A stretch of 64,000 bases of DNA from the human T2T-CHM13v2.0 reference genome, Homo sapiens. The notes beneath the pieces were generated by a model. The model was not told where the DNA came from and made no database searches. It saw nothing but the letters and a program-made list of their open reading frames with translations. Position 1 is the stretch's first letter; each line of letters begins with the position of its first letter. Shown one piece after another: positions 26,241 to 46,710 of the stretch. A program made the position numbers and the translations under genes. Where the stretch lies: NCBI RefSeq assembly GCF_009914755.1, contig NC_060933.1. The stretch is one strand, 5' to 3'.

Positions 26241-26755
26241 TGACATCTTAAAGTATTGTAAATTATATCTTTAAATCCTGAGAGAATGGCATATAAGAAG
26301 GACAATTACAAGATCTGGAAGTCATAAGAAGACAGCCAGCGAGACAGGGCACTGGTAGGCAAAGTGATGACTGGTGTGTTTTCTGTTAGAAAAAGATGCA
26401 CAGGATGACGAAGGAAACACAAACAGAAGGAAGTGCACCGGGGATAATTTTACCGTAGGCAGAGTATTATTTATGACTTTTCTAATCGTAATAGCCCACT
26501 GGGATACTATGGCAAAGAATTTGAGTCTGTAGGTTATTTGTGAATTGGAAGTGGGTATTCTTTGCTAAATTGTCACCAAAGGTATGAAAGTAAATGCTAT
26601 CAACCACGAGTAATCATGATAGCAACAATTATACTAATAAATTCAACTGACATTTTTTCAAGTTAATATGAATATATGCATTCTTTCCATTGAAATAATC
26701 TACATCTTTAACTGAGAAGGAAAGAAAGGAGAAATGTTTAATTAACAGTCTTTTA

Positions 26756-27058
26756 GGCCAGGTATGGTGGCTCATGTCTGGAATCCCAGCACTTTGGGGA
26801 GGTTAAGTTGGAGGATTACTTGAGGCTAGATGTTCCAGACCAGCCAGTGCAACATGGTGAAACCATATTTCTTCAAAAAATAAGAAACTAGCTGAGTGTG
26901 GTAATATGCGCCTGTAGTCCTAGCTACTCAGGAGGATGAGGGAGGAGGATCTCTAGGGCCAAGCAGTTTAAGGCTAGAGTGATGCAGTGAGCTATAATTG
27001 TGCTACAGCACTCTGGCCTGGATGACAGAGTGAGATCCTATCTTAAAAAAAAAAAAAA
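26756..27058 (+). mobile_element. AluJ
   Basis: Diverged dimeric Alu with an A14 tail. Confidence 0.88.
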
Positions 27059-27081
27059 TTCCTTTAGATTTTTAAAAGTTA

Positions 27082-33890
<6,809 letters not shown>

Positions 33891-34739
33891 ATTTTTAAAT
33901 GACATCATAAAACATAGTAGTGTTACTGTTATAATTTTTCTTGGAAGCTGAATTGATTGCATTTCTCCCATTGTAACTTAAGTCTTCTAGATTTCCTTTC
34001 TTAAAGATAGAACAAGTTATTCTTTCTGAAATATATAAAGTGGCAAACTTGCTTTCTTCTTTCTTTGTTTTAAAATTATTTCACAAATTGCATGTGTGAG
34101 ATATGAATATGCTGTTGGTGTTATTTACATTTGAGAGCAGATTAAATATGTTTTTGTTTATATTAATTATGAAACTCTAGCATTGGGGATTGCTATTTGG
34201 TTTTGTTTTACTTTTTATATATTGAATTTTTATTCTTGGTAAGATTTGATTATTACTTTGCTCCAAGCTGCTGAGTTGCTCAGAAATGAAATTGACACGG
34301 ACTCCTTAGTATCAGATATGTTGATTTGAATTAACAACACAGAAGGGTGTTTAAATGAAAATGTAATGTCATTTAGTAAATTAACATGTGGAAATAAAAA
34401 CCTCGGACTAAAATCTAATTTAACAAAGTTTCTTGAAGTTTGTTTTGTTGAATTAATGACTGGGAAACTAAGTTCATTTTGTTGATAATCTCTCAATGCA
34501 GTAATAATACTAAAGTTGTAAGAGCAACAGGTTACATCCTAACCAGGTCTCCTCTGCCTCAAGTACAGAATCTCCAATCTATCTATAACACTGTTTTCCT
34601 GGCAGCTATTCTACTGGCAAACTGAACAGATCAGGAAAGTAATTATCTCTTATGGAAAAGTCATCTATTTTCTCTATGGATTATGAGTAAGGGACACCTT
34701 TTGTGCTTCATCTAAAATCTGAAAGTAAAATTGTACTCT

Positions 34740-35257
34740 CTATTCCAACCACTGCTGCACCAACCAGTTCTGCATAGGTTTCCAGCACTTTCATGCACAT
34801 GAACCTGACAGCATCCTACCCCACTGCATCTTGGCGCATTGTTTGGATTTGAGCTGAGTGCTTCCATTCCTGGCCTACAAATTATCTGATACGACATCAT
34901 GGGTGACCTATGGGGACTACGTTCTATTTGTGTGTGTGTGTAAACTAAAAATTTGGGGATGGGAGCTGATTGGTAAAAGCCCCCCTTTTTTTTTTGTTTT
35001 TTTGTTTTTTGTTTTTTTTCCAGTGGACGGATGGTGGCTAGATACGTTTCTTAACCCTTTCCGGTGATCACTGAGGGATGGAGCAACCAGTTTCCCATAG
35101 CAGAGAACAAGTACATACATTTATTGGCTTGATTTTTTTACTTCACTGTTTTATTCTTGTTCCTCAGTCCTGCTTTCTGGGATTACATTCATGAATAAAG
35201 TACTCACACATAAACCCTTGTCTTAGATCGGCTTTTGAGAGGACCAGCTCTAAAACA
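34740..35257 (+). mobile_element. LTR16-like ERVL LTR
   Basis: 3' end aataaagtactcacacataaacccttgtcttagatcggcttttgagaggaccagctctaaaaca resembles LTR16; 5' boundary approximate. Confidence 0.6.
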
Positions 35258-36133
35258 AGCCCTGTAAAACTTGTTTCTGCCACTTATATTACCAGGAATG
35301 TGTTGGAATTTAATTAGGACATGTTTCCTCAAAATTGCACCAGGAGTATCACAATAAATGAAACTTGGTGTTCACACAGAGTGCCATCTATCTTTATCTG
35401 GTTTTAGTCTTCTTTCAGCTGGTATATCTATGACCTTTGTTCTATTGGCACACAAACAAGAACTTTTGGAGAAATAGTGCTTGCTTATGAAGTTAAATGT
35501 TGGAGAAAGGTATTTTGAACTTTGGATGTCTGGAAATTTTTAATTAAAATTTTAGTTAATTTTAATTTCTCCCCAAACAATAGATTGGCATTGTCTGATG
35601 AAAATCACACCATATTTTCTTCTCTGTGCAATCCTAAATATTATACATAGAAGAAATAAACTTTAGTTTGAGCCAGGGTTTAAGTTGGAGATGGCTCGAC
35701 TTGCCAATTTTGCAAATCACCAAAATTTCTTTCTCAAACCCAATTCTGCATCCTGTAATTTCAGTTTTTTCCAAGTGTTATGTAGAAGATATCATTCTAA
35801 GAATAAAAATAGTCGTGAATGTACATCTGGAATAAATACATATATAACTCACTGCGGTAAAGCTTTAAAAGGCCATAGGCTAAAGTATTTATATAATCCT
35901 CCAAATTATAAAATGGTCACCCTAGTGATATATGGGTAGTATAGCACTTTATTTATATAGTTTTACAATTTCTTTTTCATGTTATTAAATATATTTTAGA
36001 GAACAGACAACTTGAAGTTTAAGATAATTATATAGTTTCTTATTTTATTGAGAGATACAAGAGAATTTTGAAGTTTAGGGCTGAAAACCAACATCTCAGT
36101 CACCTAGAACATTTGAATTTATTGGTTGATCAG

Positions 36134-36998
36134 TGTGACGGTTGAGTGTCAACTTGGCTAGGTGTGGTGGCTCATGCCTGTAATCCCAGCACTTTGGGAG
36201 GCCGAGGCAGGCAGATCACTTGAGCCCAGGATTTCAAGACCAGTCTGGCCAACATGGTGAAACCCTGTCTCTACTAAAAATACAAAAGTTAGCCCTGCAC
36301 AGTGGCCCATGCCTGTAATCCCAGCTACTTGGTAGGCTGAAGCACAGAATCTCTTGAACTCAGGAGGCGGAGGTTACAGTGAGCCAAGGTCGCACCACTG
36401 CACTCCAGCCTGGGTGACAGAGCAAGACTCTGTCACAAAACAAAAACAAAAAAAGTAAGTGTTAGCTTGATTGGATTGAAGGATGCAAAGTATTGTTCCT
36501 GGGTGTGTCTATGAGGGTGTTGCCAAAGGAGATTAACATTTGAGTCAGTGGACTGGGCAAGGCAGACCCACCCTCCGTCTGGGTGGACATCATCTAATCT
36601 CCTGCCAGGGCAGCAGGAATAAAGCAGGCAGGGTAAGATGGAAGAGCCAACTTGCTGATTCTTTGGCCTTCATCTTTCTCTCATGCTGGATGCGTCCTTT
36701 CCTTGAACATCAGACTCCAAGTTTTTCGGCTTTTGGACTCTTGGACTTATACCAGTGGTTTGCCAGGTGCTCCCAGGCCTTTGGCCACAGACTGAAGGCT
36801 GCACTGTTGGCTTCCCTCCTTGTGAGGTTTTGGGACTTGGACTTATTTACCACTGGCTTCCTTGCTCCCCAACTTGCAGGCAGTCTATCGTGGGACTTTA
36901 CCTTGTGACTGTGTGAGTCAATCCTCCTTAATAAACTTCCTTTCATATATACATATATCCTATTAGTTCTGTCCCTCCAGAGAACCCCAACTAATATG
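36134..36998 (+). mobile_element. MLT2A (probably MLT2A2; HERV-L) solo LTR interrupted by AluS
   Basis: tgtgacggtt..gagtgtcaactt[Alu]gattggattgaaggatgcaaagtattg...gagaaccccaactaata; 5-bp TSD atcag/gtcag. Confidence 0.88.
36156..36455 (+). mobile_element. AluS (Sx/Sz-like)
   Basis: Dimeric Alu; TSD agtgtcaactt / agtgttagctt. Confidence 0.9.
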
Positions 36999-37200
36999 GT
37001 CAGATTTCTGGCTATTTGAAAAACTTAAAACATTATAGAACTCAGAAAATGACAGCATAGTTGGTAGATTATAAAGAACATTTGAAAATAAGTATAAAAA
37101 CTATTGGGAAGAATAATACTGAAAATTAATATTAAGTATTTTATAAACTAGGCACTGAGATAAGCACTTTATAGGGAGGTGTTATTATTAGTTCCTTTTA

Positions 37201-38454
37201 TTTTTTCTTTTGATACATTTTAGATTTATTTTTGAAATTGCTAGATGAAATCGTGTGTATTTATTTTGTACAACATGATGTTTTGAAGTATCTATATTGT
37301 GGACCGGTTACATCTAGATCATTAACATATGCATCACCTCATACAGTTATTTTCCCGGTATGAACACTTAAGGTATGCCTCTCTTAGCGTTTTTCTTTTT
37401 TTTTTAATACTTTTTTTGTGGGGGGAGGTGGGGTCTCATTCTGTCACCCAGGCTGGAGTGCAGTGGTGTGATCACAGCTCACTGCAGCCTTGAACTCCTG
37501 GGCTCAAGCTATTCTCTTGCTTCAGCCTCCTGAGCAGCTGGGACTACAGGCACATACCACCACGCTCAGCTGATTGTTTAATTTTTTTGTAGAGATAGGG
37601 TCTTGGTATGTAGCCAGGCTGATCTCTATCTCCTGGCCTCAAGTAATTTTCCCATGTTGGTCTTCAAAAGTGGTGCTGGAATCACAGGAGTGAGCCACCA
37701 TGCCTGGGAAGCATTTTTCAATAATACAACATGTCATCCTAAACTATAGTCATCATGCCATACAATAGCACTGGTGAATGTATTCTTCCTATCTAACTGT
37801 AATTTTGTATCCTTTCACATATTTGCAAATGCCTCCCTCCCACCCCCAACCTTTTCAGCCTCTGATAATTATCATTCTACTCTATATTCCTATGAGATCA
37901 ATTTTTTATGATTTTATATATGAGTTAGATTATATGGTATTTGTCCTTATTTGTCTGATTTATTTCACTTAACATAATGTCCTCGAGGCTCATCCATGTT
38001 GTTGCAAAAGACAGGATTTCCTTCATTTTATGGTCAAATAGTATTCTATTGTATATTTATACCACATTTTCTTTATCCATTCATCTGTTCATGGACACTT
38101 AGTTTGGTTCCATATCTTGGCTATTGTGAATAGTGCTGCAATAAAGATGGGGTTGCAGTTATCTCTTTGACATATCAATTTCATTTCCTTAGTGTATAAA
38201 TCCAGTAGTGGGATTGCTGGATCATGTGGTAGTTCTATTTTCAGACTTTTAGATGTGGGAATGTAACACTGTCCTTCTTACACTCTTCAATTTATCTTTT
38301 ATTATTTTGCTATAACCAGGTACTATGATCTCCACCTGAATTCGTTAGCTCTTATGAAGGCATTTTTGTGCATGGATGGATGTTCAAATTGATGTTTCTG
38401 TTGGGGGGATGATAGCTGGAGAGTTCTATTTTGCCATCTTGCTCTGCCTTCCTG
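37201..38454 (-). mobile_element. Internally deleted old L1 (L1MA8/9-like 3' end joined to ~200 nt of 5'UTR), inserted in a MIR
   Basis: Minus-strand 5' end gcagagcaagatggcaaaatagaac at ~38450; junction at ~38251 into aaaatagaactaccacatgatccagcaatccc; degenerate TSD at 37188-37200 / 38455-38468. Confidence 0.8.
37395..37708 (-). mobile_element. AluJ inside the L1 3'UTR
   Basis: Antisense Alu; TSD-like agcgtttttc / agcatttttc. Confidence 0.88.
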
Positions 38455-40191
38455 TTAGTCCCTCTTTAAAGATGAAACAATATTGAAACTTTAAGAAAGT
38501 TAATCAATTTGCTTGAGTTTATTATTGAGCTCTTAAGTTGCAGAATTGAAATGGCCATTTATTTTCTGACTCCAGTTCTGATACTCTGAACGGCTGCTTC
38601 CCTAGAGAAGGCCCAAACGTGATACCACTCTCCCCAGGACAATCTGATTGTGTGGTTTGCTGATCAAATTGACTGTTGGTGGCTGTGAAAGCTGACTCAT
38701 CTGAAACAAAAGCTAAGGATCGTAAGAGAACACTCAGAGAATGAAAAAGCGTCATAAGATCCAGGGGTCAAAGAGAAAGAAACATAGAGAGAAGAAAAGT
38801 GGAAAGAAAATAGAAGTGAGAAAGAAAAGGAGACAAGTTTCTATTAAATAGTATAAATGGTAGCAGAATGTCCATGGCAATAGAGATTTTTAAAAAAATG
38901 ATAGCCAAATTTGTGGGAAAGAGGTAGGGTTATACTGAGCAGTGGTAAGTGGATCTATTACTATATTACTGGATGATAGAGTACAAATTAATAGTGGATT
39001 TTTAATTCCATACATTGACCTTCCTTTATTTAAGAAAGCAGAGAGTAAGACAGTTTTTATTAGACAGAGTCTGATGCCTGTTTTCATTATATATTAGAAA
39101 GCTTCGTCACACAGAAAGTTATCCTTCAGATACCTGCAAATTTGTACCACAGCAAATAGCACTTTCTTTAGTGATTCTGATGTTTAGGTGTCATGATTAT
39201 TCAAGGTTCTTGGCATAGAAAGCATCAGGAAATCTTTGATATGATGCTTCAAGACATCCTGTATTTCCAATGAGCTAGCACTTAGACATTTATTTCTTAA
39301 ACAAATGTGACTCTTGGAAGTAATCTTTCTATTTTTAAATATTCTTTTGATAGAAAAATTTATATTTCAGCCACAGTAAATGTCTGACTATTGGAAGCTT
39401 TATTATTTATTTAAAGTTATATAATATTACTATTAATAAACATTAATAGTAGTGTACTCTAAACTTTATTCCATTTTTTCTCTCAGAAAGTCATTCCTGA
39501 AATATTAGTTACTGTATGTAGATCAATTATATTCCCTTTGATGGATTCTTTGGGTTTTACTTTATGAATATAACACATATTATTTATTAACTTCCTCCCA
39601 TGGTTTCCTGTTCCCTGTGCACTTATGTAAGTGTTCCTCTGGTATACATACCTAGAAACTGGATTGCTATGTAAGAAATTAAATACATGTATTATTTTAC
39701 TAAGCCCTACCAGATTATACTCAAAATATGTACACACATTTGCAGTACTATCAGCAGGGCAGAGGCAAGATTTCATAAATATTCTCTATATGCTATTTAA
39801 TATGCAATTTCTACCTATTTAGAGATATAAAAGGAGACATTGTTATTCTATTTTACATTTCTCTTATTAGCAAAATTGAATATTTCTTGTTACAATTAGT
39901 AGCCATTTGTTGCTTTGTCCTTCTCTGTCTTACATATTTATTGTTTTGTTAGCAGTTTTCAATTGGATTTCCTGATTTGCTCCTGCTAATTTATGGACAT
40001 GATGTGTATTATGTTCTTTACTTGGGTAATTCATACGGCGGGTAGCTTCGTTAAGATTTTTACTTATCTGTCTGGTTACATTATCTACAGTGTACATTAC
40101 TCGAGGGAATTTTGAATGTGATTTAGTAAACCCATCAACTTTTTAATTTCCTTTTGATACATGCTTCTAGTCTTTTCAAAAAATATTTCCC

Positions 40192-40500
40192 AGCCTGGCG
40201 CGGTGGCTCACGCCTGTAATCCTAGCACTTCGGGAGGCCGAGGTGGGCAGATCACTTGAGGTCAGGAGTCAAGACCAGCCTGGCCAACATGGTGAAACCC
40301 CCTCTCTACTAAAAATACAAAAATTAGCTGTGCATGGTGACGTGGGCCTGTAATCCCAGCTACTCAGGAAGCTGAGGCGGGATAACCACTTGAACCCAGG
40401 AGGTGGAGGTTACAGTGAGCCGAGATGGCACCACTGCACTCTAGCGTGGGCGACAGAGCAAAACTGCACTAAAAAAAAAAAAAGAAAAAAAGAAGAAAAT
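40192..40500 (+). mobile_element. AluS (Sx/Sz-like)
   Basis: Dimeric Alu with an A-rich tail. Confidence 0.92.
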
Positions 40501-41292
40501 TCCCATTATCAAAGTCATACAAATGTTCTTATGTTTTCTTATACAGTTTTACCTTTCACACTTAGACCATTATTTATAAGAATTTACTTTTTATATGGTA
40601 GGAGCTGGGGATCTTTCTTTTTCCTCTTCATAAAGTGTTAAAATATCCCCAACATCATTTAATACTCTTTCCCAGGTTATTTGTTGTGCCACTTGTACCA
40701 TTTATTAAGTTTTAACATTGTTCTCTTTATCTGTTCTTGTCTTAGTATATTTGTTTCAGTTACTGTCTTTTGAAATGTTCTAAACAGGGAGATTCACCTC
40801 TCTTTGTCCTTGAAAAATGTTATCCTATGTATTATCAGACCTCATACTTCCCTAAATTCTAGGGAGAATTATTGCTGAGATATTCTTAAAATTATGTTAT
40901 TTAAATAACATTATTTAAATGTTATTACACTTATACAAATTGTATAATTTGGGGAGAATTAACCTCTTTATGATGTAATGCTCTCTTATCAATGAACATG
41001 GTATATTTGCTTAGGTCTCTTTAGGTATTTTTAAAAAGATTCTTTAGTGAAGGTCATCCTATACCTTAAATATTTCCTATAAAAGATAGTGTTAATTATA
41101 TTATTATTATATTATTATTATTATAGTTTTTCATTATTAAAACTATTTTATTATTTTATTATTATAGTTTTTATTATTAAAAACATTAAAAATTACATTT
41201 TATAATTGGTAATTTCTGCTATAGAATAATGCTACTGATTTTTAAATTTTGGATCTTGCATCCTTGCTAACTCATTATAAATTTTTATGACT

Positions 41293-41575
41293 TTTTTTTT
41301 TTTTTTTGAAACACGATCTCTCTCTGTCACCCAGGATGGAGGGCAGTGGTGCAATCTTGGCTCACTGCGACCTTTGCCTCCCAGACTTAAAGGAACATTT
41401 TACCTCAGCCTCATGCATAGCTGGGACTGCAGGTATGCACCTGATTAATTTTTGTATTTTTTGTAGAGACAGGGTTTCACTATGTTGCCCAGGTTGGTCT
41501 TGAACTCCCGAGCTCAAGTGATCTGCCCACCTCAGCCTCCCAAAATGCTGGGATTACAGGCGTGATCCATGTCCT
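41293..41575 (-). mobile_element. AluJ (Jb-like)
   Basis: Poly-T followed by an antisense Alu. Confidence 0.88.
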
Positions 41576-42141
41576 GCTTTTATAATTTTTCTTTTGGTCA
41601 TGATAGATGTTCTATGTGAATAATCATATTGTATACAAATAATGTCAAAATTGTTTCTTCACTTTCTGTCTTGAGTATTATTCTTATGCATTGGACAGGA
41701 CTTTCAGTGGTGCAATGATTTTTTTCTTGATTTTAATGGAAATTATTATAAATTTTTCCATTAAATATGATAATTATTAGAGATTTCTTTGTAGATTACT
41801 TTATTCAGGTTTTGCAAATTTCATTTTTCTCCAAATTTTCTGAGAGCTTTGGTTATGAATACATAAAATTAATATATGATTCCTCTATCTACTAAGATTA
41901 CCATGAACTTTTTCCTCTCCTATACTCTATTAATATTATGAATAACATTTTTAGATATTTGAGAAATCTATTTTGGGCCAGGTATTCCTTGACATGACTC
42001 CTTGTTTTTCTAATATACTGTGAATTCAGTTAACTAGTATTTTAGTTAGTATTATTTTTGGTCTTATTTCATAAGTGGAAATGATATGTAATATTCTTTT
42101 AATATTCTTTGATTTTTTGTATCAAGATTATATTAGTTCCA

Positions 42142-43908
42142 CAGCATGGTACTGGTACAAAAACAGACATATAGACCAATGGAATAGGTTAGAGAACCCA
42201 GCACTAAGGTTGCACACCCACAGTTATGCGATCTTTGATGAAGTTTACAAAAATAAGCAATGGGGAAAGGACTCCCTGTTCAATAAATGGTGCTGGTATA
42301 GCTGGCTAGCCACATGCAGAAGAAGAAAACTGGACCCTCTACCTTTCATGATATACAAAAATCAACTCAAGATGAATTAAAGATTTAAATGTAAGACCTC
42401 AAACTATAAGAACCCTAGAAGAAAATCTAGAAAATATCATTCTGGACATTAGCTTTGTCAAAGAATTTATGACTAAGTCCTCAAAAGTGATTAGAAAAAA
42501 AACAACAAGAAAAAATGACAAGTGGAATCTAATTAAACTAAAGAGCTTCTACATAGAAAATAAACTATCAACAGAGTAAACAGATAACCAATGGAATAGG
42601 TGAAAATATTTGAAAACTTTATATCTATTAAAGATCTAATATCCAGAATCTATAAGAAATTTAATTCCACAAACAAAAATACCAAATTTTATTTAAAAAA
42701 TGGGCAAAAGACATGAACAGACACTTTGCAAAAGAAGTCATACAAGCAATCCACAAACACGAAAAAATGCCCAATGTCACTAATAATCGGCTAAATGCAA
42801 ATCAAAACCACAGTAAGATATCATCTCACATGTCAGAATTACATTATTAAAAAGCCAAAGCACAACAGATGAGGCTGTGGAGAAAAGGGAACACTTATAT
42901 GCTGTTTATGGGAATGTAAATTACTTCAGCCCCTGTGAAAAGCAGTTTAGAGATTTCTCCAAGAACTTAAAACAGAACTACCATTGATCCAGCAATCCCA
43001 TTACTGTATTTACATCCAAACAAATATGCATTGTTACACCAAGAAGACCCATGCACTTGTATGTTTATTGTAGCACTATTCACAATTGCAAAGACCTAGA
43101 ATCAACCTAGATGCCCATCAATGGTGGATTGGATAAAGAAAACATGGTACATATACACTATGAAGTACTATGCAGCCATTAAAAAGTGAAATTATGTTCT
43201 TTGCAGCAATATGTATGCAGCTGGAGACCATTATCATAAGCAAATTAATGCAGGAACAGAACATTAAATACCACATGTTCTGACTTCTACGTGAGAGCTA
43301 AGCATTGGGTACTCATGGATATGAAGATGGGAACTATAGACACTGGGGACAATGAGGGGGCAGAAGGTAGGGGAGCAGGGCTGAAAAACCACTTATTGGG
43401 TACTGTATTAGTCTATTTCAAACTTCCCTGAGACTGGGTAATTTATAAAGACAGAGGATTAATTTACTCACAGTTAACTGGGTAATTTATAAAGAAAGAG
43501 AGTTAATTGACTCTCATGGCTGGGGAGGCCTCAGGAAACTTACAGTCATGGTGGAAGGGGAAGCAGGCACATCTTACATGGTGGCAGGTCAGAGAGAGAG
43601 CTAGCAAGAACGGGGAAAACTGCCTTGTAAAACCATCAGATCTCATGAGAGCTCACAGCAGCATGGGGAAAACTGCCCCCCTGATCCAATCACCTCCCAC
43701 CTGATCCGACACATGGGGATTATAAAAACTACAACTTGAGATGAGATTTGGGTGGGAAAACAGAGCCAAACCATGTCAGGGACAATGTACTTTGCTTATT
43801 ATCTGAGTGATGGGATCATTCACACTGCAAACCTCAGAGTCACACAATATACTCATATAACAAATCTGTAAATGTACCCCCTGAATCTAAAATAAAAGTT
43901 GAAAAATG
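42142..43908 (+). mobile_element. 5'-truncated L1PA15/16-type LINE-1
   Basis: ORF2 C-terminal segment ([15 protein letters not shown]); 3' end ccctgaatctaaaataaaagttgaaa; 18-bp TSD aagattatattagttcca (42124-42141) / aagataatattagtttca (43909-43926). Confidence 0.9.
43404..43778 (-). mobile_element. THE1 (THE1C/D-like) solo LTR in the L1 3'UTR
   Basis: tgtattagtc...gagatttgggtgggaaaacagagccaaaccatgtca; 5-bp TSD ggtac/gggac. Confidence 0.88.
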
Positions 43909-44869
43909 AAGATAATATTAGTTTCAAAAGTTTTTTTTATTATTTTATAAAAGAATTTATATACATTAGGAGACACTGTTCTTCAAATGTTTGTGGAATT
44001 TACTTTTCAATTGCTGAGTACAGGCTTTTTGCTAGGGGTGGTGGTGGCTTGAATGGAAAGCACTAATTCATTTTCTTAAATTATGTTACTTTTTTTAAGT
44101 TTTCTATTAATAATTGAGTACTATATTGATGTTTCATTTTTTTCCACAAACTTTTCCTTTTACTGATTTTCAAATTTGTTGCATAGTTTTTCACAATATT
44201 CTTCAATTTAAAAATATCCTTTACATTAGCTTTTTGTACTTTTTTCTAGTTTTACTATCTCTTTTTGATCTGACCTGTCAGACATTTTCAAAGACCAAGC
44301 TTCTGCTTATTATTTCTATTTTTTCTTTGTTTTATTGATTCATGATGTTTTGTTATTATTATTTCCTTCTTTTTGGTTTCTTTGAGTTTACTGTGTTCTT
44401 TTTCTTGAATTTCTTACATTTACTATTTTGCCTTTTTCCAGCTTCATGAGTTTGATTTAATTTCTCTTGCATCTTGGGTTTGTTGTTTTGCTCATTTATT
44501 TTCAATCTTTGTTGTTTTATGATGAATGTATTTACAGCAAAACTTTTTTCTTTTTTTAGTTGTATCTCATGTATTTTGAAATGTAATACTTCATTGTCAA
44601 GAAACAATTAGATTCTTTTCTCAGTACATTAGTGGTATATATATTTTAGAAATTTCTATGCATTTGGTTGCTTTAAAGCTATTCTTTTTTAACTTATCTC
44701 CAATGTTTTTGCACTGTGGTTTGAGTATATATAACCTTTAAGATGTGGATTCTTTGGCCACATTATTTGTGCATGTTATATATGGATTTTTAAGAATGCT
44801 TCTTGTATACATAAGAATAAACTTTATTCAGGAAATATTGGTCCATATTTTTGTTTTTTAAAAAAAAAA

Positions 44870-45013
44870 TTAAGAAAAGAGGTTTAAGGCTGACAGTTCT
44901 GCACACTCTACAGGAAGCATAGCATTGACAACTGCTTCCAGTTAGGACCTCAGGAAACTTAAAATTATGGCATAAAGCAAGGGAGGAACAGCTGTCTCAC
45001 AGGGTGAGAGTGG
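44870..45013 (-). mobile_element. MST-type MaLR LTR fragment
   Basis: aagaaaagaggtttaa..cagttctgca...caggaagcat...cctcaggaaactt. Confidence 0.65.
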
Positions 45014-46414
45014 GCCCGTTTTTTCTTTTGCTTTACATTTCTTTATCCCTCTCCCTTTATACTATCTCCGCATACACAAGCTCACAAGAATATGCTCATT
45101 GGTTGTGATATTTAAATATTTTCTATTTTTGAAAAAATTTCTGCTAATTCTAGCAATTTGAGAGTGATGTGTTATAGTTGTTCACATGATAATTCAGGTA
45201 ATTAGGCACCTCAGGTCTAGAATTAGTCATTTAACTCCACCTTGATGCAAAGAAACAATGAAAAATGTAATCTTCCTGTATGCCTAAGTAGTCAGTGAAA
45301 GAGTTTGGTACAAGCAGAAAATTTCCTCTGCCACAGAGCCCTTTCAAAGTGAGGGTAAATCCTCCCTTAGTTTTGGAAAGATTCTTGGTTACAATTTCAC
45401 CAACTTTTTAATCCTCTTTCTTTACTCTTTATTTTCTCTTTTCGTTTTCCAGTTGAATAGATTTCAACAATTCTGTTTTCAAAAATTCTTGTCTTCTTTT
45501 TTTCTTTATGTTTTTCTTCTACTTTATCTTTTTCTCGTGCCTTCTGGGAGAGTTCCATAACCCAGTATTCCAGTTAAGTAATGTAATTTTGGATATATTT
45601 ATTCTGCTACTCCATTGAATTATTTGTTTCAAAAATCTTACCTCAATTTTAGAAATATCTGATTGTCTTGCTGCACTGAGTTATTTGTTTTGAAATCTTA
45701 CTTCCATTTTAGAAATATTATCTGATCATCTTGCTGCATGCTATAAATATGTTCCTTTTACTGTGTAAGTATATTTTACTTTTTTAAAATGTTTTAAATT
45801 TATTTACTGTTTCTACCTTTTAGTTATTTTTCCTCAATTAAAAGTATTTCCCTTTGTTGTCTTCTAGAATAGTTCTTGTGCTATTTAAATGTTTCTTAAT
45901 TTTTCCTTATATGCCTATCTCTGTTTCTTGGAAATAAAGTAGACAATGGATAACCTGGCCTGCAATCTATTTGGTGGATTTAAATCTTAATGGTGAGTTG
46001 AGGATTGCATTTACCACTGCCTTTCTTCCCTATCATGGAGTACTTTCCAGTCTCTCTACCCAGACTACTGCTCTTGATCTGGGGTGGCAACCTTCCTTGG
46101 TATTTCTCCATTTCTAGGATATATGAGGGTTCCTCAGGGGACAGCTGGCTCCCCAATCCTTGTTTTGTCTTTCTACAGCAACTGAGCCTCACTACTGCCC
46201 TCAATCCTATCCTGCAGCCTCCAGTTAGAGATCCAGGTTTCCTGCCCTGTGTTACTAATAAAATGGGCAATTACTTGGGAATAGAGATTTCAGGATAGTA
46301 GATGGAAGGAATTTGTTGCCTTTAGCAATAAGATGTCTGATATTGTGAAGTGGTATGGTGTAGTAAAAACACCTGAGATTAAAGAAGAGAGGAATCTATG
46401 CCTATTTCTTCTTT

Positions 46415-46710
46415 TATTCATTTATTTATCAAACATTAATTCATGCATCTGTTCATTTATTTAATGCATACTTACTGAGGACCTATTGTGGGCCAGGCAC
46501 TGTTACATTGCACTATAAATTTGGTAGGAAGCATTTTTTTTAAAACTGCTTTTATAGTTTGGAGGTATGGGTAGAGGAATCCATGTATAATTTATTAGGG
46601 AGATAAGTGGTATTAAGGAAAACAAAGCAAGTATATAATAGAGAATCTCAGAGGCTAGGAAGGCAAGATTTGAGCAGAGACCTGAATGAGGAGAGTATGT
46701 GAGTGGGTTC
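46415..46710 (-). mobile_element. L2 3' end
   Basis: ttcatttatt repeats followed by tactgaggacctattgtgggccaggcactgtt. Confidence 0.6.

Larger units (their letters stand above)
39400..46250 (-). mobile_element. Very old, heavily decayed L1M (L1MC/ME-like) hosting several younger insertions
   Basis: T-rich antisense ORF2-like patches (tatcaatgaacatggtatat; tcctctatctactaagatt; ttgcactgtggtttgagta) that are collinear across the nested elements. Boundaries approximate. Confidence 0.6.

Noticed and set aside
41095-41190. TTA-rich repeated block as a structured array
   Set aside because: Low-complexity slippage within an old L1; no regular repeat-spacer pattern. No CRISPR-like array was seen anywhere in the window.
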